Below are positions 27,318 through 36,545 of a stretch of 64,000 bases of DNA, piece after piece; the stretch's first letter is position 1; each line of letters begins with the position of its first letter. A model generated the notes under the pieces. The model was given only the letters and a program-made list of their open reading frames with translations. It made no database searches and had not been told where the DNA came from. The translations under genes and the position numbers were made by a program. This DNA comes from an uncultured Verrucomicrobiae bacterium (GTDB taxonomy: Bacteria; Verrucomicrobiota; Verrucomicrobiia; Chthoniobacterales; JAFAMB01), in NCBI GenBank assembly GCA_963837955.1, contig CAWIPH010000002.1, positions 1,354,966-1,418,965 of the forward strand. The letters are read 5' to 3'.

Positions 27318-30140
27318 TCAATTAGAGGCCAAGTGCTCTTTCTTCAACAGTAGCGAACGATTACGACGCAGGTCGACCCCGGTGCGGACGGTCGGGTACG
27401 GCTTATCACCGTGCAGGCCTTCCCAGATAATCCGGTTAAACTTGCCTGGATCGATATTGTCTTCGCGGGTGAAGTCGAACTGTTTCGTCTTATCTGCCCA
27501 GTAAGCAGCATCGTGCGTTGGTTTCGGAACGACTTTATTTTTCGCGAACCGATTCGGCAACGGTAACTTCGTGTTGTACAAGTAGGTCGACGGTACCGCA
27601 TCGAACGTCCATTCCCGCTGGTTAAGGTCGAAGACTTTCGTCATCGGTTTTTCCGAAGCGGTCAGTACGTCTACGTGATCGATGTTGAGTATGTCTTCAA
27701 TCGTTCTGAGCATGTTGACAGTAGTGTACTTCTCCGAAATCACGACACCCTGCTTCAGGTAAGGTCCAACTACGTATCCGGTCGACCGGTGCGAATCAAC
27801 GTGATCTGCGCCGTCTTGGGAGTCATCCTCCAGGATGAAGATCAAGGTGTCCGACTTGTAGGGGCTCTTGGCTACTTTTTCGATCAGCTTGGCCACGGCG
27901 TAATCGTTATCGGCCTGTTGGAGCTCTGGAGTGTCGACCTCGTCAATCGCTGTGCCAAATGAACCCATATGATCGTGCATCAAGCGTACGATCGAGAGCG
28001 CCGGCAGATCACCTTTTTGGACATAACCGTCGAATTCCCGTTCCCACTCTTTCTCCCGCCAGAAATCCGGGAGGGCATTGTCAAAAGCGCGGAAGTAGAG
28101 GTCGGTCGTGTTCAGCAAAGCAACCCGAGACGGAAAAGCGACTTGGACGTGAGCTTTATACGGATCTCGTAGAAGAGGCGTTGCTTGGCCATTCGGGAGA
28201 AAATAGGGCGTCAGATCGCAATGGTATCCGTAATTGCGAAAAGTTTTACCCGCCCGGGCGACGGCATCCCAGATATAGCCTTGCTGGACGTCATCATTGC
28301 CGGGGCCATCGACCGCTCCGACGTCGGCAGTACCAGGCAGAATATTAGGATCGCTTGGCGAGATCGGATCGGATTTCTGTCGCTCTTGAGGAGTGGCAAA
28401 GCCGACGTTAATGTCACGATTCTGGCCCTCAGAATCGTAGGCAGCACCGCGACTAGAGTAGTTTTGAGGGATGCTGATCGTCGATAGATCGTTTTCGCGT
28501 CCGGCAAAACTCCAGATGTGACCGTCACCGCTCACATCACCCGTGTTATAGAAGTTGTCGAGGTCAACGAACTGCTTGACGAGCGCGTGGAAGTTCGGCG
28601 TGATCGCTTGTCCGAAGTCGACCAGGGTTGGATCTCCGTTGCCACGATCCAGATCTCCGAAGAGTTGGTCATAGGTGCGGTTTTCCTTAACTAGATAAAT
28701 CACGTGCTTGATTCGACTTTGCAGCCCGGTAATCACTTTCTCTTCGTCGGCGCTCAGTTTGGCTGTGAAATGGTTGTTTTTCGCAACCTGGGTCGTGAGG
28801 TTAGCGAGATCCTGTGCGCTCGGAACTGGGAAGCTCTGCAAATACGATTTTTGCAGTTCTTCAACGTACTGGTTGGGATCCTTTTGGTTGAAATAGGTCA
28901 ACCCAGGGTTCGGGCCGGTTACGCCTTTGCCGTCAACGACGTAAACATATTTACCATCAGTACTGAGAGTGACCGCGTTTGGTAGGAATCCCGCGGGAAT
29001 CAAGCCAACCACCACTGGATGAAATGGAATTCCCTGTATGACCGAAACAGCGTTGGTTCCGCCGAGGGTGACATAAAGAGTGCTGCCATCAGGCGATAAC
29101 GCTGCACTATTAGGCGCGCTGCCGCGATAGGTTAGGACTTTGTCGAATGCGAGTTCATCCGGGGCGCTGGCGATCACGCTCTGAAAAAGCGTATTGTCCT
29201 TTGTGCTGATAATATCAACCAGATCGCTATTATCTTCAGTGACGTAGAGGTAGCTCTGCGTTTGGTCGAGGATCGTCTTGAGTGGGTTGCCGGCAACCGC
29301 TACCCGCGTAACGATCTTCGGGGTTGTAACAGTCGCGAAGTCGACAACGACCACTTCGCGATCACGGGCGCTGGAGACATACGCGGTCTTGCTTCCTTTG
29401 ACCGTAACCCAGAATGGGTATTCCCCTCCTGGCACGCCCGATTCCGCTGGGTTAATTATGCCGGGACGGAGATCGAGCTCTTTCACGACGGAGCGACTTT
29501 GCACGTCGATAAAGGAGATCGATTCGTTATTATAGTTTGCGACCACTAACGTTTTTCCATCTTGGGTAATATCAAGGCCACCGGTGAGGCCTGGCAAATC
29601 GCCCGGGAAAAGCGCAACGGCTGAGCTATGGCCGAGCTTGATCGGAGTGCCCGATTCAGCCCACTGACCGTTTTGGATAGTAAACGAGTGGATGTCGTCG
29701 TCTCCACCGCCGCCAACATACAAGGTCTGTCCGGCCGGATCGAAAACGATGCCGACAAAAGCGTTCGGCAGCTGAATCACCTGCTTTTTGACAGGGACGC
29801 CATTGCTGATGTCGAAGACGAAGATGTATTCGTTGTTAAATGAGTTTCCGTGAGTGTCGGTCAAGTTGTTGTGGCCGCCAGTCAAAACGACCAAGGTCTT
29901 TCCGTCCGGACTTTTAACTGTGCTGAGAGCGCCCCCGGCGATAAAGTTCGGGAAGTTGGGGAGATCGGGATTTAAGGCTTCATAGGTCGAGTTGGGCGCA
30001 GCCGTCGGGGTAATGGTCAATCCTGAAGGCAGGAAGGTACCTTGATCGGCATTCGCCAGCGAGAGAGGCGCTAGCGAAGAAATAGCAACCGCGCTGGATA
30101 AAATCAGGCGGTGCAGAGGCTTTCTGTTTGGAGTGAACAT
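27318..30140 (-). CDS. Secreted beta-propeller (YncE/lactonase-like repeats) - phosphoesterase fusion protein
   Basis: 940 aa with a signal peptide. The N-terminal ~450 aa carry repeated 'DG(K/S)TL(Y/V)V...' propeller blades. The C-terminal half has 'VIYLVKENRTYDQLFGDL' and 'FILEDDSQDGADHVDSHRS' (PLC/AcpA family). Confidence 0.85.
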   Translation of the reverse strand: MFTPNRKPLHRLILSSAVAISSLAPLSLANADQGTFLPSGLTITPTAAPNSTYEALNPDLPNFPNFIAGGALSTVKSPDGKTLVVLTGGHNNLTDTHGNSFNNEYIFVFDISNGVPVKKQVIQLPNAFVGIVFDPAGQTLYVGGGGDDDIHSFTIQNGQWAESGTPIKLGHSSAVALFPGDLPGLTGGLDITQDGKTLVVANYNNESISFIDVQSRSVVKELDLRPGIINPAESGVPGGEYPFWVTVKGSKTAYVSSARDREVVVVDFATVTTPKIVTRVAVAGNPLKTILDQTQSYLYVTEDNSDLVDIISTKDNTLFQSVIASAPDELAFDKVLTYRGSAPNSAALSPDGSTLYVTLGGTNAVSVIQGIPFHPVVVGLIPAGFLPNAVTLSTDGKYVYVVDGKGVTGPNPGLTYFNQKDPNQYVEELQKSYLQSFPVPSAQDLANLTTQVAKNNHFTAKLSADEEKVITGLQSRIKHVIYLVKENRTYDQLFGDLDRGNGDPTLVDFGQAITPNFHALVKQFVDLDNFYNTGDVSGDGHIWSFAGRENDLSTISIPQNYSSRGAAYDSEGQNRDINVGFATPQERQKSDPISPSDPNILPGTADVGAVDGPGNDDVQQGYIWDAVARAGKTFRNYGYHCDLTPYFLPNGQATPLLRDPYKAHVQVAFPSRVALLNTTDLYFRAFDNALPDFWREKEWEREFDGYVQKGDLPALSIVRLMHDHMGSFGTAIDEVDTPELQQADNDYAVAKLIEKVAKSPYKSDTLIFILEDDSQDGADHVDSHRSTGYVVGPYLKQGVVISEKYTTVNMLRTIEDILNIDHVDVLTASEKPMTKVFDLNQREWTFDAVPSTYLYNTKLPLPNRFAKNKVVPKPTHDAAYWADKTKQFDFTREDNIDPGKFNRIIWEGLHGDKPYPTVRTGVDLRRNRSLLLKKEHLASN

Positions 30141-30534
30141 ATGAATTCTGTTGGTGCCGAACCGCGCCTCTTGAGCAGCTAATAACTCAAACGCTCAAAC
30201 TAGAGCGATTGAGTAACTCAAAAGGCGGAGCGGCCTTACCTAAGCAAATCCATCGGATAGAAGAATTCCGGTCGGTTATTGTTAATTTTCGGTAACATTC
30301 GAACCTAACGATGGCGGAATTGTCATTTTCCGGTTCTGGCGAAAATTCAATAAAGAGAACGGTTTGTACTCAACAACAGTGAATGACTGCGTTAGGAACT
30401 CGCACTGATGCTGTCGGACTGCTCGTTGTCGGGTGAATTGAGCGACAGTTTTACTACCCCTGATTGTTAGGGCAGAACCCGACACCACCGACTTGTAACG
30501 CCGTAGGTCTGGCGGTGCGCACGTCAAGAGATCT

Positions 30535-30825
30535 GTCCCGTTAGGGACGCTGTGAAAGTAGCCCAGTACGAAGTGCTGGGTAGATGGCAAGAAAGCGGGT
30601 GCCGTCCCGGAGGGACGATCGAAAGGTTGTGGTAATGGTTTGCAACGCGGCGTTACGCGTGCAGAGGGTGAATCGATCGTCCCTATCGGGACGGAGGCGT
30701 CTTAATGCTATTCCCAGCACTTCGTGCTGGGCTACTATCACAGCGTCCCTAGCGGGACGGACGCGTTTCAAACACTATCCCAGCAATGGATTGCTGGGAT
30801 ACTATCACGATGTCCCTTTCGGGAC
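30535..30825. repeat. Array of paired stem-loop modules (GTCCC-n4-GGGAC and CCCAGCA-n-TGCTGGG)
   Basis: At least 8 hairpins. Module 'CCCAGCAC-TTC-GTGCTGGGCTACTATCACAGCGTCCC-TAGC-GGGACG' (30713-30759) recurs at 30779-30826 and, inverted, at 30535-30581. Extra GTCCC/GGGAC hairpins are at 30604-30616 and 30679-30692. Confidence 0.75.
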
Positions 30826-30850
30826 GGGACCCTCTTTGCCTCTATTCGCT

Positions 30851-32290
30851 CTACCGGTCACGGATATGGTCGTTCGGAAACCGCAGAATGATCGTTGTAC
30901 CTTTCCCGAGTTCGCTGGCGATTTCGGCCGTGCCATGATGCAGCCTCATAATGCTCTTTACGATCGATAAGCCTAGGCCGACACCGTCCCGGGAATTTTC
31001 GCCGGTATAAAATCGATCGAAAAGCTTCGGTAAATCCTTGGCTGGCACGCCGCTCCCATTGTCTGCCACGGTTACTGCAACCTCCGTTGAATCGCTTCGC
31101 AACTCGATCGTTACTTTGCCTCCCTCCGGCACATGTTTCAGAGCATTAGATAGCAAATTGCTGATCGCTCTGCGAAACAACGATTCGTCTCCGCAAATCA
31201 CAGCCTCCCCTAAGCTGGCGAGTTCAACGTGCGACTCGTTTGCTAACGGTTCATAAAATTCCGCCACCGCACGAATCGACTCATGCGCGGGGAATTGCGA
31301 TTGATGAATCTGGAAATTCGCTGTTTCGGCACGCGCCAGGAAAAGCAAACTATCGATTAAGCGGGAGAGTCGCTGGTACTCTTCCAGGCTGGAGCCGAGA
31401 ACCTGCCGGTATTCTTCAACCGAGAGCGAACGTCCGAGAGCCACTTCTGTTTCGCCCATCAGATTACTGATTGGCGTTCGGAGTTCATGCGCGATGTTGG
31501 AGGAAAATCGTGATAGCCGCCCGAAAGATTCCTCCAGCCGTTCGAGCATGTGATCAAATTCTGCGCCCAAGGTTGCCAGCTCGCGCGGCCAGGTGCGAGT
31601 GCTGATCCGCTCGCTCAAGGCGCTGGCGGTTATGGCTTGAGCGGCCGAAGTGATTTCCCGGATCGGGCGAATGCCGCGATGTGCAATCCAGGTACCCAGC
31701 AGCGCGGATACGGCAGTCGCCAGGATTAGGGCGATCACCAACTTTCCTTTATAATCGGCCAGTAACTTCTGTTCGTTCGAAATATCGAGCGCAATTTCGT
31801 AGCGATATTTCTCATTAGGTGGTGCACCATTGACCTCCGCGGCAGCTAACAGAAAAGTATTGCCCTGTGGGACTCGGAGCTCCCTGATGTTACCAATCGG
31901 CTGGTCCAATGATGCGGCTGGTGGAAAGACGGCATTTACCGGCAACAGCGAGCGAAAACCGGGCGATTCCACGATTGTCCTTCCACGAAGGATGAGGCGC
32001 GAAAAATAGACTGCCTGCCGGCGGGCCGCGCTTTCCCACTCTATTTCTTCCTCCAGAGCATTACGGTCCTCTGGACGCTCGCGCAGTATTTGACGAAGTA
32101 CCGCGATCTTGTCGGCTAAGATATTCTCTTCTTCCGAACGCAGGCTTTGGACAAGGGTCCAATAGAGGAAAAAACCGGCCGCACAAAGCACGGCAGTCGA
32201 AAGTACAGTATACAGCAGCGCGAGTCGGGCGACGATGGACCAGGAACGCTTGATGGGAGATTCAGCGCCGTTCGAGGACATAACCCGCAC
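30851..32290 (-). CDS. Heavy-metal-type sensor histidine kinase (CusS/CzcS-like)
   Basis: Two TM segments with a periplasmic loop, HAMP, H-box 'FSSNIAHELRTPISNL', and N/G boxes 'LLSNALKH', 'DNGSGV', 'GVGLGLSIV'. It overlaps the upstream response-regulator gene. An alternative start is at 32281. Confidence 0.85.
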   Translation of the reverse strand: MRVMSSNGAESPIKRSWSIVARLALLYTVLSTAVLCAAGFFLYWTLVQSLRSEEENILADKIAVLRQILRERPEDRNALEEEIEWESAARRQAVYFSRLILRGRTIVESPGFRSLLPVNAVFPPAASLDQPIGNIRELRVPQGNTFLLAAAEVNGAPPNEKYRYEIALDISNEQKLLADYKGKLVIALILATAVSALLGTWIAHRGIRPIREITSAAQAITASALSERISTRTWPRELATLGAEFDHMLERLEESFGRLSRFSSNIAHELRTPISNLMGETEVALGRSLSVEEYRQVLGSSLEEYQRLSRLIDSLLFLARAETANFQIHQSQFPAHESIRAVAEFYEPLANESHVELASLGEAVICGDESLFRRAISNLLSNALKHVPEGGKVTIELRSDSTEVAVTVADNGSGVPAKDLPKLFDRFYTGENSRDGVGLGLSIVKSIMRLHHGTAEIASELGKGTTIILRFPNDHIRDR

Positions 32291-32948
32291 CGTATACAGA
32301 GTGAATCAACGGCTTAGGGAAGGGATAGTCGACTTTCCGGCGCAACCGGCGAATGGCGACGTCGACGAGATTCGAATCTCCTTCGCTATCCATGTTCCAG
32401 ATTTCTTTGGCGATGAATTTTCGCCCGAGAATTTCTCCTGCGTTGCGGGCCAGAAGTACGAGAAGTGCGAACTCCTTTTGCGTGAGTTCCAGCTGCTTAG
32501 GACCTCGAGTAACAACGTGGGTCACCAGATTGATTTCGAGTTCCTCGATTTTGATATTAGTCGGCTGGCGATCCGGACCTCGCCGCAGAATGGAACGGAT
32601 GCGAGCCAGCAGTTCGGAAAATGCGAAAGGCTTCACCAGGTAATCATCCGCACCGAGGTCGAGTCCTTTGATGCGATCGGCGACTTCATCCCGGGCCGTC
32701 AAAAAAATTACGGGTGCTAATACAGCTTCTGCTCGAAGGCGTCTTAGAACGGTCCAACCATCCAGACTCGGTAGCGTGACATCGAGCAGGAGCAGGTCAT
32801 AGGAGTGTGCCAGTCCCAGCCGCAAGCCCTCGGAGCCATCCTTTGCGACATCGACTTTCCATCCATGGTCCTGCAATCCATCGCAGAGAAAGGCCGCAGT
32901 TTTTGCTTCGTCCTCGACAACAAGCGCTAGCTTTGGCTGTTCGAACAC
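32262..32948 (-). CDS. OmpR-family response regulator (CusR-like)
   Basis: The receiver domain 'LALVVEDE...LLLDVTLPSLDG' is followed by the winged helix 'LTQKEFALLVLLARNAGEILGRKFIAKEIWNMD'. The start is taken at GTG 32948 (VFEQPKLALVVEDE), with an alternative GTG at 32990. Confidence 0.85.
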   Translation of the reverse strand: MFEQPKLALVVEDEAKTAAFLCDGLQDHGWKVDVAKDGSEGLRLGLAHSYDLLLLDVTLPSLDGWTVLRRLRAEAVLAPVIFLTARDEVADRIKGLDLGADDYLVKPFAFSELLARIRSILRRGPDRQPTNIKIEELEINLVTHVVTRGPKQLELTQKEFALLVLLARNAGEILGRKFIAKEIWNMDSEGDSNLVDVAIRRLRRKVDYPFPKPLIHSVYGAGYVLERR

Positions 32949-32983
32949 AGCAGCGCATAGCGTAGGGTTTAGCGAAACGCAAC
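32907..32983. repeat. Duplicated segment, copy 1 (5' end and leader of the response-regulator gene)
   Basis: A 53-nt perfect identity (32930-32982 = 33293-33345) sits within a 77-nt homologous block. Confidence 0.9.
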
Positions 32984-33075
32984 GGAGCACGGATCAGTTT
33001 TTTGGCGCCGAACCTGTCCCTTGGGTAATTAACGCCAAGATAGGTAGGGCGAAACAGTCCGGCGAATGTTGCGTG

Positions 33076-33268
33076 TCGGAGGGTGCGCCGCTTGCGGCGC
33101 CCGGGCATTATCCAACGTGGACCGAGGAATCGAGGCAAAGGGATTGTTCGCGAACTTCGAGAAACCGCGGGCTTCGATTTATCATGGATGGTTCCCGGGA
33201 GCCGCAAGCGGCTCCCCTCCGTGCGATAAGGTTTCGGCGTGATTTCGATAGAGGTTTTCGCTGAGACA
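33076..33268. repeat. MITE-like palindromic element, copy 2 (core 33076-33221 plus shared 3' flank)
   Basis: TCGGAGGGTGCGCCGCTTGCGGCGCCCGGG ... CCCGGGAGCCGCAAGCGGCTCCCCTCCG. It is nearly identical to the copy at 33394-33586. Confidence 0.8.
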
Positions 33269-33345
33269 TTCGTCCTGGACAAACGAGCGCTGGCTTTGGC
33301 TGTTCGAACACAGCAGCGCATAGCGTAGGGTTTAGCGAAACGCAA
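33269..33345. repeat. Duplicated segment, copy 2 (decoy copy of the response-regulator 5' end)
   Basis: See 32907-32983. It encodes 'VFEQPKPALV...' and then diverges. Confidence 0.9.
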
Positions 33346-33393
33346 ACCGCGAGTGGGTGACTTAGAACTGATTGACGGGAACGGCGTTGCGCG

Positions 33394-33586
33394 TCGGAGG
33401 GTGCGCCGCTTGCGGCGCCCGGGCATTATCCAACGTAGACCGAGGAATCGAGGCGAAGGGATTGTTCGCGAGCTTCGAGAAACTGAGGCCTTCGATTTAT
33501 CATGGGTGGTTCCCGGGAGCCGCAAGCGGCTCCCCTCCGTGCGATAAAGCTTCAGCGCGATTTCGATAGAGATTTTCGCTGAGACA
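33394..33586. repeat. MITE-like palindromic element, copy 3
   Basis: Tandem partner of 33076-33268, with a period of about 318 bp. Confidence 0.8.
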
Positions 33587-33604
33587 GCGGAACGGCTCGC
33601 ACCC

Positions 33605-35080
33605 TCACCCCACATACTCTTCCAACGTCGCTGCCGTTCCTTTGTCGTAAAAGCTCGCGAGGGCTACCTCGACTTCTTTCACGAAGCGCGGATCGGTGGC
33701 GACTTCTTCGCTGAAGAGCTGGCGCATTGCCAGTAATCGCCCCGGATCTTTTCCACCGGCTGCTGCCGCTTCTTTCAACTGATCCAACATCGGGTCTTTC
33801 ATCGGCACCGGCTTTCCAGCGTCATCTTTTCCGGCGAGATAACGAAACCAGCTCGCGACGGTTAAGCTGAGCAATTTAATGGGTCCGCCGCGTTTCAGTT
33901 GATCGCTTATCGATGGCACTACGAATTTCGGTATACGAGCCGAACCTTCTGTGCCGAGGCGTCCCAGCGTATCCCGGATTGCCGGGTTGGCGAATCGTTC
34001 GATCAGTGTGTTCTTGTATTGCGTCAGATCGATCCCGGGAACTTCCGGCAATATCGGGGTCACTTCGACATCCATCATCTTGCGCATGAGCGCTGTGATT
34101 CGCCGATCAGCCATGGCTTCATGGGCGAACTCGTAACCGAGTAGCATGCCGACGTAGCAGATTGCCTGATGGCTCGCATTGAGCAGCCGGATTTTCATTT
34201 TTTCGTACGGCAACACCTCCTCGGTGAACTGAGCACCGACTTGTTCCCAAGCAGGGCGCCCACTCACGAAGTGGTCTTCGATTACCCATTGCCGGAAGGA
34301 CTCGGTCATTACGGGCCAGCCATCATCGATACCAAATTTCTCCCGGACAAGTGCGCGGTGTTCGTCCGTCGTTGCGGGAGTGATGCGATCCACCATGCTG
34401 TTGGGGAACGTTGCGTTCTGCTCCAGCCAGTTTCTTTGCTTAGGGTCACGCAACTCGATAAAAGCCAGCAGCATTTTCTTCGCTACATCACCGTTGCCCT
34501 GCAAATTGTCGCACGACATGATCGTGAACGGTGGGAGCCCGCGTTTTCCACGCCGCTCCAGTGCCTCCGCCAGATAACCAAAGGCGCCCTTGGGCTCGTG
34601 CGGATGAGCGAGTTCGTATTGAATGTCCGGATGTTCGGCATCTAAGTCGCCGGTACCTTGATGCACATAGTATCCGCCCTCGGTTATCGTGAGAGAAACA
34701 ATATGCGTATCTGGAGACGCGAGCTTTTCTAAAACGACGTTTGGATTGCTGGGCGCATGCAGAAAGTTTTGAATCGAGCCGATGACTCGTGCCTCATCGC
34801 CGGCGGCGCTCCGTTCGACGACAGTATAGAGGTAGTCTTGTGAACGAAGCACTTCTCCGATGTGGGAATCGACAGGAAGCAGTCCGATGCCGCACAAACC
34901 CCATTCAGATCCGCCGTTCAGATGAAACAGGTCATCATTATAGACTGCCTGATGAGCGCGATGGAATCCGCCGACCCCAATATGCGCGATTCTTTGACCA
35001 ATCCGGCCACGATCATACGTGGGGACACGAACGTTTGCTGGTAGTGAGCGAAGATTGGCATTCGAGAGCTTTATCGGCAT
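33605..35080 (-). CDS. Mannitol dehydrogenase family oxidoreductase (mannitol 2-dehydrogenase / fructuronate reductase-like)
   Basis: 491 aa. 'IAHIGVGGFHRAHQAVY' is the N-terminal Rossmann motif, and 'FPNSMVDRITP' and 'NASHQAICY' are long-chain MDH signatures. Confidence 0.85.
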   Translation of the reverse strand: MPIKLSNANLRSLPANVRVPTYDRGRIGQRIAHIGVGGFHRAHQAVYNDDLFHLNGGSEWGLCGIGLLPVDSHIGEVLRSQDYLYTVVERSAAGDEARVIGSIQNFLHAPSNPNVVLEKLASPDTHIVSLTITEGGYYVHQGTGDLDAEHPDIQYELAHPHEPKGAFGYLAEALERRGKRGLPPFTIMSCDNLQGNGDVAKKMLLAFIELRDPKQRNWLEQNATFPNSMVDRITPATTDEHRALVREKFGIDDGWPVMTESFRQWVIEDHFVSGRPAWEQVGAQFTEEVLPYEKMKIRLLNASHQAICYVGMLLGYEFAHEAMADRRITALMRKMMDVEVTPILPEVPGIDLTQYKNTLIERFANPAIRDTLGRLGTEGSARIPKFVVPSISDQLKRGGPIKLLSLTVASWFRYLAGKDDAGKPVPMKDPMLDQLKEAAAAGGKDPGRLLAMRQLFSEEVATDPRFVKEVEVALASFYDKGTAATLEEYVG

Positions 35081-35181
35081 AGGACGCGGGGGGGGAGTTA
35101 GGGGTTAAGCAAAGTATCGGCGAAAGGGCGTATCGGCGCAACGGTATCGAGCACCGACCTGTCCGCCGACCCACGAAACTC

Positions 35182-36507
35182 CTACCGCAAATACTCCAAC
35201 CACTGCTCCTGCGCGGCGAACAGCTCGTCTACCATTTCATGAATTTGCGGAAGTGTGCAAACGGCCGAGGTCAACGGATCCAGGGCTACGGCATGATAGA
35301 TTGCGTCCCTCTTTCGATTGACTGCTGCTTCTACGATTAGCTCTTGGACGTTAATATTCGTTCTGTTAAGCGCAGCCAGCTGCGGGGGCAAGGGACCGAA
35401 GTGGGTTGGCTGAACGCCGTTGCGATCGACTAGGCAAGGCACTTCTACGCAACACCCGAGTGGCAAATTGTCGATGAGCTGGTGATTTGGCACGTTACCG
35501 TTGATCCGAAGGGGCTGATTCGTCTCAATAGCCTCGATGATGAACGAGCCGTACTCGTGGGTTCGATCCGTCCGAATGGGATCTACCATTATTTGCTTAA
35601 ACTCCTGGCGAAAACTCTCTAGTCGCTCATAACTGTGTCGGAGGTATCCGCCGGTCCGGCCAAACTGGAACCAATGGTTCACCTTGTCCGTGAAACGAGG
35701 TACCAAGTCTTCTTCCACCATTTGCGCGTTTTTCCTGAAATAGGGCACGTATTCGCTGGCGTGTCCGCTCGACTCCGTCACGAAGTAGCCAAAATGTTTC
35801 ATCAACTCGATGCGGACCGGCTCCTCGCCATAGATCTCTTTTCGATCAATGACCTGGCGGAGATGGGGATAAAGATCTTCGGTGCCGCGACGGAACTCCA
35901 AAAAGAACGCCTGATGGTTAATCCCTCCACAATGGAAATTTACCTGCTCGTACGGGACTTCTAACCATTTGGCCAACATCTCGCTGGTGCCTTGAACGCT
36001 ATGGCAAAGGCCAACGTGCGGGCGACCGGTAGCTACGTCGATAGCCCAACAGTTTGGCGCCATGGGATTCACATAGTTCAGCAACAGAGACTGGGGGGCG
36101 TGCCGGTCGAGTTCGTGGCAAAGGTCGATCAACACGGGGATGGTGCGCAATGCGCGAAATACACCGCCTGGTCCGAGGGTGTCTCCCACGCATTGCTCAA
36201 CCCCATATTTCTTCGGAATCTCGATGTCCTGGGCATACGCCTCCAATCCACCTTGCTGAAAAGTAGTAATGACATAATCGGCATTACGAACCGACTCGGC
36301 GCGGTCGGTGGACGTGGTAATCCGGGCCTTCAGCTTGCGTTCGTCGACAATTCTCTGGACGATCTGCCGAGACTCTTCCAATCGACGCGAATCGATATCC
36401 ATGAGTGAGATTTCACTGTCTTGCAGAGAAGGTGCGAGCAGGATGTCGCTGCAGAGGTTGCGGGTAAAGACCAGGCTGCCCGCTCCAATCAAGGTTATTT
36501 TAGGCAT
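35182..36507 (-). CDS. Glycoside hydrolase family 4 alpha-galactosidase/alpha-glucosidase
   Basis: The internal start 'MPKITLIGAGSLVFTRNL' (NAD-binding) is at 36507. 'CHSVQGT' and 'GINHQAFF' are GH4 motifs. The 51-codon N-terminal extension in the ORF track is unlikely. Confidence 0.85.
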   Translation of the reverse strand: MPKITLIGAGSLVFTRNLCSDILLAPSLQDSEISLMDIDSRRLEESRQIVQRIVDERKLKARITTSTDRAESVRNADYVITTFQQGGLEAYAQDIEIPKKYGVEQCVGDTLGPGGVFRALRTIPVLIDLCHELDRHAPQSLLLNYVNPMAPNCWAIDVATGRPHVGLCHSVQGTSEMLAKWLEVPYEQVNFHCGGINHQAFFLEFRRGTEDLYPHLRQVIDRKEIYGEEPVRIELMKHFGYFVTESSGHASEYVPYFRKNAQMVEEDLVPRFTDKVNHWFQFGRTGGYLRHSYERLESFRQEFKQIMVDPIRTDRTHEYGSFIIEAIETNQPLRINGNVPNHQLIDNLPLGCCVEVPCLVDRNGVQPTHFGPLPPQLAALNRTNINVQELIVEAAVNRKRDAIYHAVALDPLTSAVCTLPQIHEMVDELFAAQEQWLEYLR

Positions 36508-36545
36508 AGTAATCGTTCCATGAAGAAGGCGATTGATGTTTGGAG

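Noticed and set aside
30535-30825. Possible CRISPR array, given the regularly recurring short palindromic repeats
   Set aside because: The repeats are of two alternating types, occur in both orientations and have irregular spacing. The 'spacers' are conserved linkers rather than unique sequences. No cas genes are in the window. It is better described as a REP/BIME-like hairpin mosaic.
30282-30970. ORFs 30282-30590 (-) and 30584-30970 (+)
   Set aside because: Both run through the hairpin array, and the second overlaps the 3' end of the kinase gene. Their products have no motifs, and the amino-acid repeats simply mirror the DNA palindromes.
32797-33615. 272-aa minus-strand ORF
   Set aside because: It reads straight through two MITE-like repeats and the duplicated regulator leader. 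The product is internally repetitive because the DNA is (…RRKRRTLR… appears twice), is Arg/Ser/Pro-rich and has no recognisable domain. This is an artefact of stop-free repeats.
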